A DNA stretch of 64,000 nucleotides from Octopus vulgaris. Lineage: Eukaryota. The notes below the pieces were generated by a model that worked only from the letters and a program-made list of their open reading frames with translations, ran no database searches and was not told the DNA's origin. A program made the translations under genes and the position numbers. The DNA lies in the NCBI GenBank assembly GCA_951406725.2, contig OX597821.1, positions 93,186,001 to 93,250,000 on the forward strand. The letters are read 5' to 3'. Each line of letters opens with the position of its first letter. The first letter of the stretch is position 1. Positions 55,135-64,000 of this stretch are shown here, piece after piece.

Positions 55135-56425
55135 GTGACTGTGATGATGGTGGTGGTGTTGGTGGTGTTGGTGGTGGTGGTGGTGTTGGTGGTTGTGGTG
55201 GTGGCAGCAACATTGGTCATGAAGTGGCTGATGGTAGAGATGATGTTGGGGAACATGGTAATGTGGAAGTGGTGGTGCTTAGTGTTGGTACTGGTGATGG
55301 TCGTGGTGGAGGTAGTTGTGGTGGTTACTGCGTGGATTGTGATTGTGGTGGTGGTGGTGGTGTTGGTGTTGGTGGTGTTGGTGGTGTTGATGTTGGTGTT
55401 GGTGGTGGTGGTGGTGGTGGTGATGGTGGTTGCTGTGTGGATTGTGATGGTGGTGGTGGTGGTGGTGGTGGTGGCGGCAGCGATGGTGGTAGCAGCGGTG
55501 GTGGCAGCGGTGGTGGTGGTAGTATGATTGCTAGATTGGTGCTGCTGCTTGGAAGAACAATTTTAGGAATGGTGATTGTAGTGGTGGTCAAGGTGGTATT
55601 AGTGGCAGTGTTTTGATGGTTTTAAATGTAATTTGTTCTAATAGTGACTAATTAGCTAGTGATGTTGTTGATGAAGCTGGTGGTATTGATGATGTTTTAA
55701 TTGTTGCAATGTCACCAGTTCTGGTATCTGTAATAATAAGGTTGATATGAATAATGATGGTAAGGCTGCAGATATTAGAGGTAATTGTAGTGGTGGTGAT
55801 GGTAGTGGCAGTGGTGGCAATTTCAGTGATCGTCATCATCACCATCATCATGGTGGTGATGAAGGTGGTGGTATTGGTGCTAGTGCTGATAGTGATAGTG
55901 GAGGTGGTAGTGTTATTTTTTGTGGTATTGGTGACAGTGGAAGTGATGAAGGTGTTGGTGATAGTGGTGGAGATGGTGGTGGTGGTGGTGCTGCTGCTGC
56001 TACTGCTGTCGATGATAGTGGTAGTGGTGGTGGTGGTGGTGGTGGTGATGGTGGTGGTACTGCTGCTACTGCTGCTGGTGATAGTGGTGGTGATAGTGTT
56101 GTTATTGATGGTAGTATTGGTGGTTGTGCTGGTACTGGTGATGTTGTCCTTGGTGGTGGTAATGGTGGTGGTGCTGGTGGTGTTGGTATTGGCAGTGGTG
56201 GTGGGGGTGGCACTGGTGGGTGGGGGGGGGGTGATGGCACTGGTGGTGGTGGTGGTGGTGGTGGTGGTGGTGGTGGTGGTGGTGGTGGTAGTGGCAGTGG
56301 TGGTGGGGGTGGCACTGGTGGGTGGTGGTGATGGCACTGCTGGTGGTAGTGGTGGTGGTAGTGGTGGTGGTGGTGGTGGTGGTGGTGGTGGTGGTGGTGG
56401 TGGTGGTTGCGGCGGCGGCGGCAGA
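55135..56425. repeat. About 1.3-kb degenerate (GGT)n-type triplet tract
   Basis: Directly visible; internal duplications at 55327/55431 and 56191/56293. Confidence 0.9.
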
Positions 56426-57179
56426 ACTGGTGAGAGTGGCACTTGCGATATTGGCAGCAACAAGAATGACAGAGGCGGCAGTAGCGACCGTAAGTGGCGG
56501 TGACAGCGGTTCTGGTATTAAAAGTAATGGAAGCAGCAGCATTAGTTAACCAAAGCTGGCAGAGGCACCGATAGTGTTGGCAGTGATGGTGCTAGAGACA
56601 TTTCTAGTTTTATTAACTGCTGCTTCAGTAGTTCCAACATAATGTTCACACATCAGACGCAAAATGATTGCGCCCACCCAAACAGCTAGCTTAGTCATTT
56701 CCTTTAGCTGTGTCACTTAAATGCTATGAGGGTGCTATATCCATAAAACATGTTTAATATCATTATTTGGTTGTGTCCTAACTGGTTAGAGTACATGGCT
56801 ATGTATACTAATGATCTCATTGTTGATGACTCAGTACTCTGACCTTGCATGTTCTGTACACATTACCAACTCATCAATTCTATATACAGTCTACAGAAAG
56901 CTGTTCCCTAGTTTAACGGGCAAAGTTTATGTTGTGTGTGCATGTGTGTATGTGTACGTGTGTGTGTGTGTACGTGTGCCTGTGCATGCACATATATACA
57001 TACATACATACATAGACACAGACACATATGAGTGTGTGTATGTGTGTATATAGATTAGCAAACTTTAGTTAAAATATATGTGTGAATATAATTGTATAAG
57101 CCTCTGTGTGTGCATGTGTGTGCATGAGTGTGTATACATTTACAGTCATATACATAAATATATACAAATATATATATAT

Positions 57180-57341
57180 AGGCGTAGGAGTGGCTGTGTG
57201 GTAAGTAGCTTGCTAACCAACCACATGGTTCCGGGTTCAGTCCCACTGCGTGGCATCTTGGGCAAGTGTCTTCTGCTATAGCCCCGGGCCGACCAATGCC
57301 TTGTGAGTGGATTTGGTAGAAGGAAACTGAAAGAAGCCTGT

Positions 57342-57411
<70 letters not shown>

Positions 57412-57641
57412 CGTGTGTGTGTTTGTGTGCCTGTGCTTATCCCCCTAGCATTGCTTGACAACCGATGCTGGTGTGTTTACATCCCTGTCACCTAGCAGTT
57501 CGGCAAAAAGAGACCAATAGAATAAGTACTGGGCTTACAAAGAATAAGTCCCGGGGTCGATTTGCTCGACTAAAGGCGGTGCTCCAGCATGGCCGCAGTC
57601 AAATGACTGAAACAAGTAAAAGAGTAAAAGAGTAAAAAGAG
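57180..57641 (+). mobile_element. SINE family A with expanded internal (TA)n
   Basis: Family match; internal TA run of about 60 bp. Confidence 0.9.
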
Positions 57642-58050
57642 AATATATGTATATATACATACATACATATATACATGTAAGTCTGCATATATATGTGTGT
57701 ATTTATGCATATATATGTGTGCGTCTGTGTGTGTGTTTGTGTGTGCGTAAACATACATACATATATTTACATATATTCATACATCATACATATATATGTG
57801 CTTGTATGTGTGAGGTGTGGGTGTGTAGGTGCGTTATCATCATCATCATGAACATCACTATGAGTGTCATCATTTTATGCCTGCTCTTCAACACCTGCAT
57901 GAGTCAAATAGAATTTGTTAAGACAGATTTTCTACAGCTGGATGCCTTTCCTCTTGCTAACCTTCATCTGTTTTCAAACGATGTCTGAAAATACAAACCA
58001 TTATCACTTTTGCAGTGGTAAGGCTCCTTTACAAGCACCATGTGATGTCA

Positions 58051-58378
58051 CGTGACAACTTGCTGGGACTGCCTGCTGGAGCCTAGCGGCAGGTATTTAA
58101 AGGGAAAAATTTGACAAGACAGTCAGTCACCGGCTGACACCCGCTGACAATACATCAAAGAGGCCAGGGAACAGAAGAAAGAACAAGAAAGAAGACATGC
58201 ACCCAACACCAGAGCTGAAGACACCTCCGAAAGGGGGGGGGGGGGGGACCAAGTCAAAACAGTAGAGGAGTAGGGGCCGAAACCGGACGTGGTTCCTCCT
58301 GATGATGTCTTGAGCTAACTGGATCCTATAAAGGAGCTGTTGTGGTAGCAGACCACGAAACACGGTTGTATTTCCTCC
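58051..58378 (+). mobile_element. GC-rich insertion into an old repeat, bounded by tgtca duplication (pLTR-like)
   Basis: tgtca at 58046-58050 and 58379-58383; contains TATTTAAA, CTGAAGA, CTGATGA and two CGAAAC motifs. Confidence 0.45.
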
Positions 58379-58502
58379 TGTCAAGACAAGAGTACACACA
58401 TACACACACACATGCATGCATGCCCATACACAAACATACAGCCATACACAGATATAAACATCATTCATTTCATATTTGGCTAAGATATTCCAAATATCTT
58501 AA

Positions 58503-58710
58503 AACTTAAACATTCAAACTGACAATATCCAGCCTGTTTTTATGTTGAGACAAGTCAAATGCAGTCTTTCACACCTACTCTATAACATCCTTCTAAAAAT
58601 AAGCAAAAACATCATGGAAACCTCAAAGGTATGAGATAATGCATGAGTAATTCAAAGGTGAATAAATAAGCATCACATATGACAGAGCAATCTGAATGCT
58701 AAAGGGTTAA
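58503..58710. mobile_element. Degenerate piggyBac-type MITE
   Basis: Right end gaatgctaaagggTTAA; left end decayed. Confidence 0.45.
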
Positions 58711-58918
58711 AATTTCATGCAAGGGAGGTCACTCTAATAACATCCCACAAAGAAATATTTTTTGAAACCAATAAATATGCTCATTTGTGTACATGTGTGA
58801 ACTTTATAAGTGCTTGTGTAAATGCATATACATATATATACACACTTAAACACAGACATATATGCATGCATACTTATACATCAATGCATTTATATATACA
58901 AATGCACAAGTACACACA

Positions 58919-58950
<32 letters not shown>

Positions 58951-58955
58951 GCTAT

Positions 58956-59356
58956 TACTCTTTACTCTTTTACTTGTTTCACTCATTTGACTGCGGCCAT
59001 GCTGGAGCACCGCCTTTAGTCGAGCACATCAACCACATACTTATTCCTTGTAAGCCTAGTACTTATTCTATCAGTCTCTTTCGCCGAACTGCTAAGTTAC
59101 AGGGATGGAAACACACCAGCATCGGTTATCAAGCGATGTTGGGGGGGACAAACACAGACACAAACACACACATATATATATATACATATATATGATGGGC
59201 TTCTTTCAGTTTCCGTCTACCAAATCCACTCACAAGGCTTTGGTAGGCCCGAGGCTATAGTAGAAGACACTTGCCCAAGGTGCCACGCAGTGGGACTAAA
59301 CCCGGAACCATGTGGTTGGTAAGCAAGCTACTTACCACACAGCCACTCCCGCTCCT
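58956..59356 (-). mobile_element. SINE family A
   Basis: Reverse complement of the family A sequence. Confidence 0.88.
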
Positions 59357-59799
59357 GTTCTTTTTCCCTCTTGCTTCACAAGAGATAAGACCTACTTTTG
59401 CCTGTCTCTTGTCACAGCTCCTTTCTCCAGCATTCACCACATCACCTCATTATGGCTTAACAGCCCTCACCGTTTGTTTTTACTGTTTTGTTCTTAATGT
59501 CTTGTTTTTTTTTACCACTTTAACCCTCCACAAAAATCCCAAATTTTATTTCATTTGCTTTGCGGAAAGGACTGTTTTAACGAAGTTGCATCTTGTACTG
59601 ACCTTTGAAATGCGGAATAGATAAAAACAGGAGATAACTGATGAAGGGATTGTTCTTTATGCTGCCTGTCTTGTTTCTCTATTTGTTTCTTTCGTTGTCC
59701 CCCACAAAAGTTCACTTTCCATGTTTTTGTTGTTTTTTTATGCTCTCATTTTCATTTGGTTCACATTTTTTTGACGACCTGTACCCATATATGCATATA

Positions 59800-64000
<4,201 letters not shown>

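Noticed and set aside
59630-59670. CTGATGA motif (others at 3844, 5762, 8934, 11520)
   Set aside because: No matching stem II-GAAA-stem III arrangement could be built.

Overview
AT-rich, microsatellite-saturated eukaryotic non-coding DNA. The SINE types and (TA)n/(GATA)n load suggest a cephalopod (Octopus-like) genome, which is an inference. No intact protein-coding gene could be supported, and nearly all ORFs in the supplied track are translations of microsatellites. The window is a mosaic of: an old 22-bp satellite with a young 30-bp CRE-palindrome minisatellite inside it; four SINE-like families; relics of Gypsy, RTE, CR1, R4/Dong and Penelope retroelements; two non-autonomous Helitrons; a Helentron-type element; mariner and piggyBac MITEs; and several local duplications. 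The main unexpected signal is a set of about ten type-I hammerhead-ribozyme-like motifs (CUGANGA...GAAA...UH, mostly with palindromic stem III). They belong to at least six unrelated short non-coding elements, many of them inserted in (TA)n tracts, i.e. candidate Penelope-associated or retrozyme-like elements. The best-formed motifs are at 31375-31462 and 33372-33414 (both minus strand).
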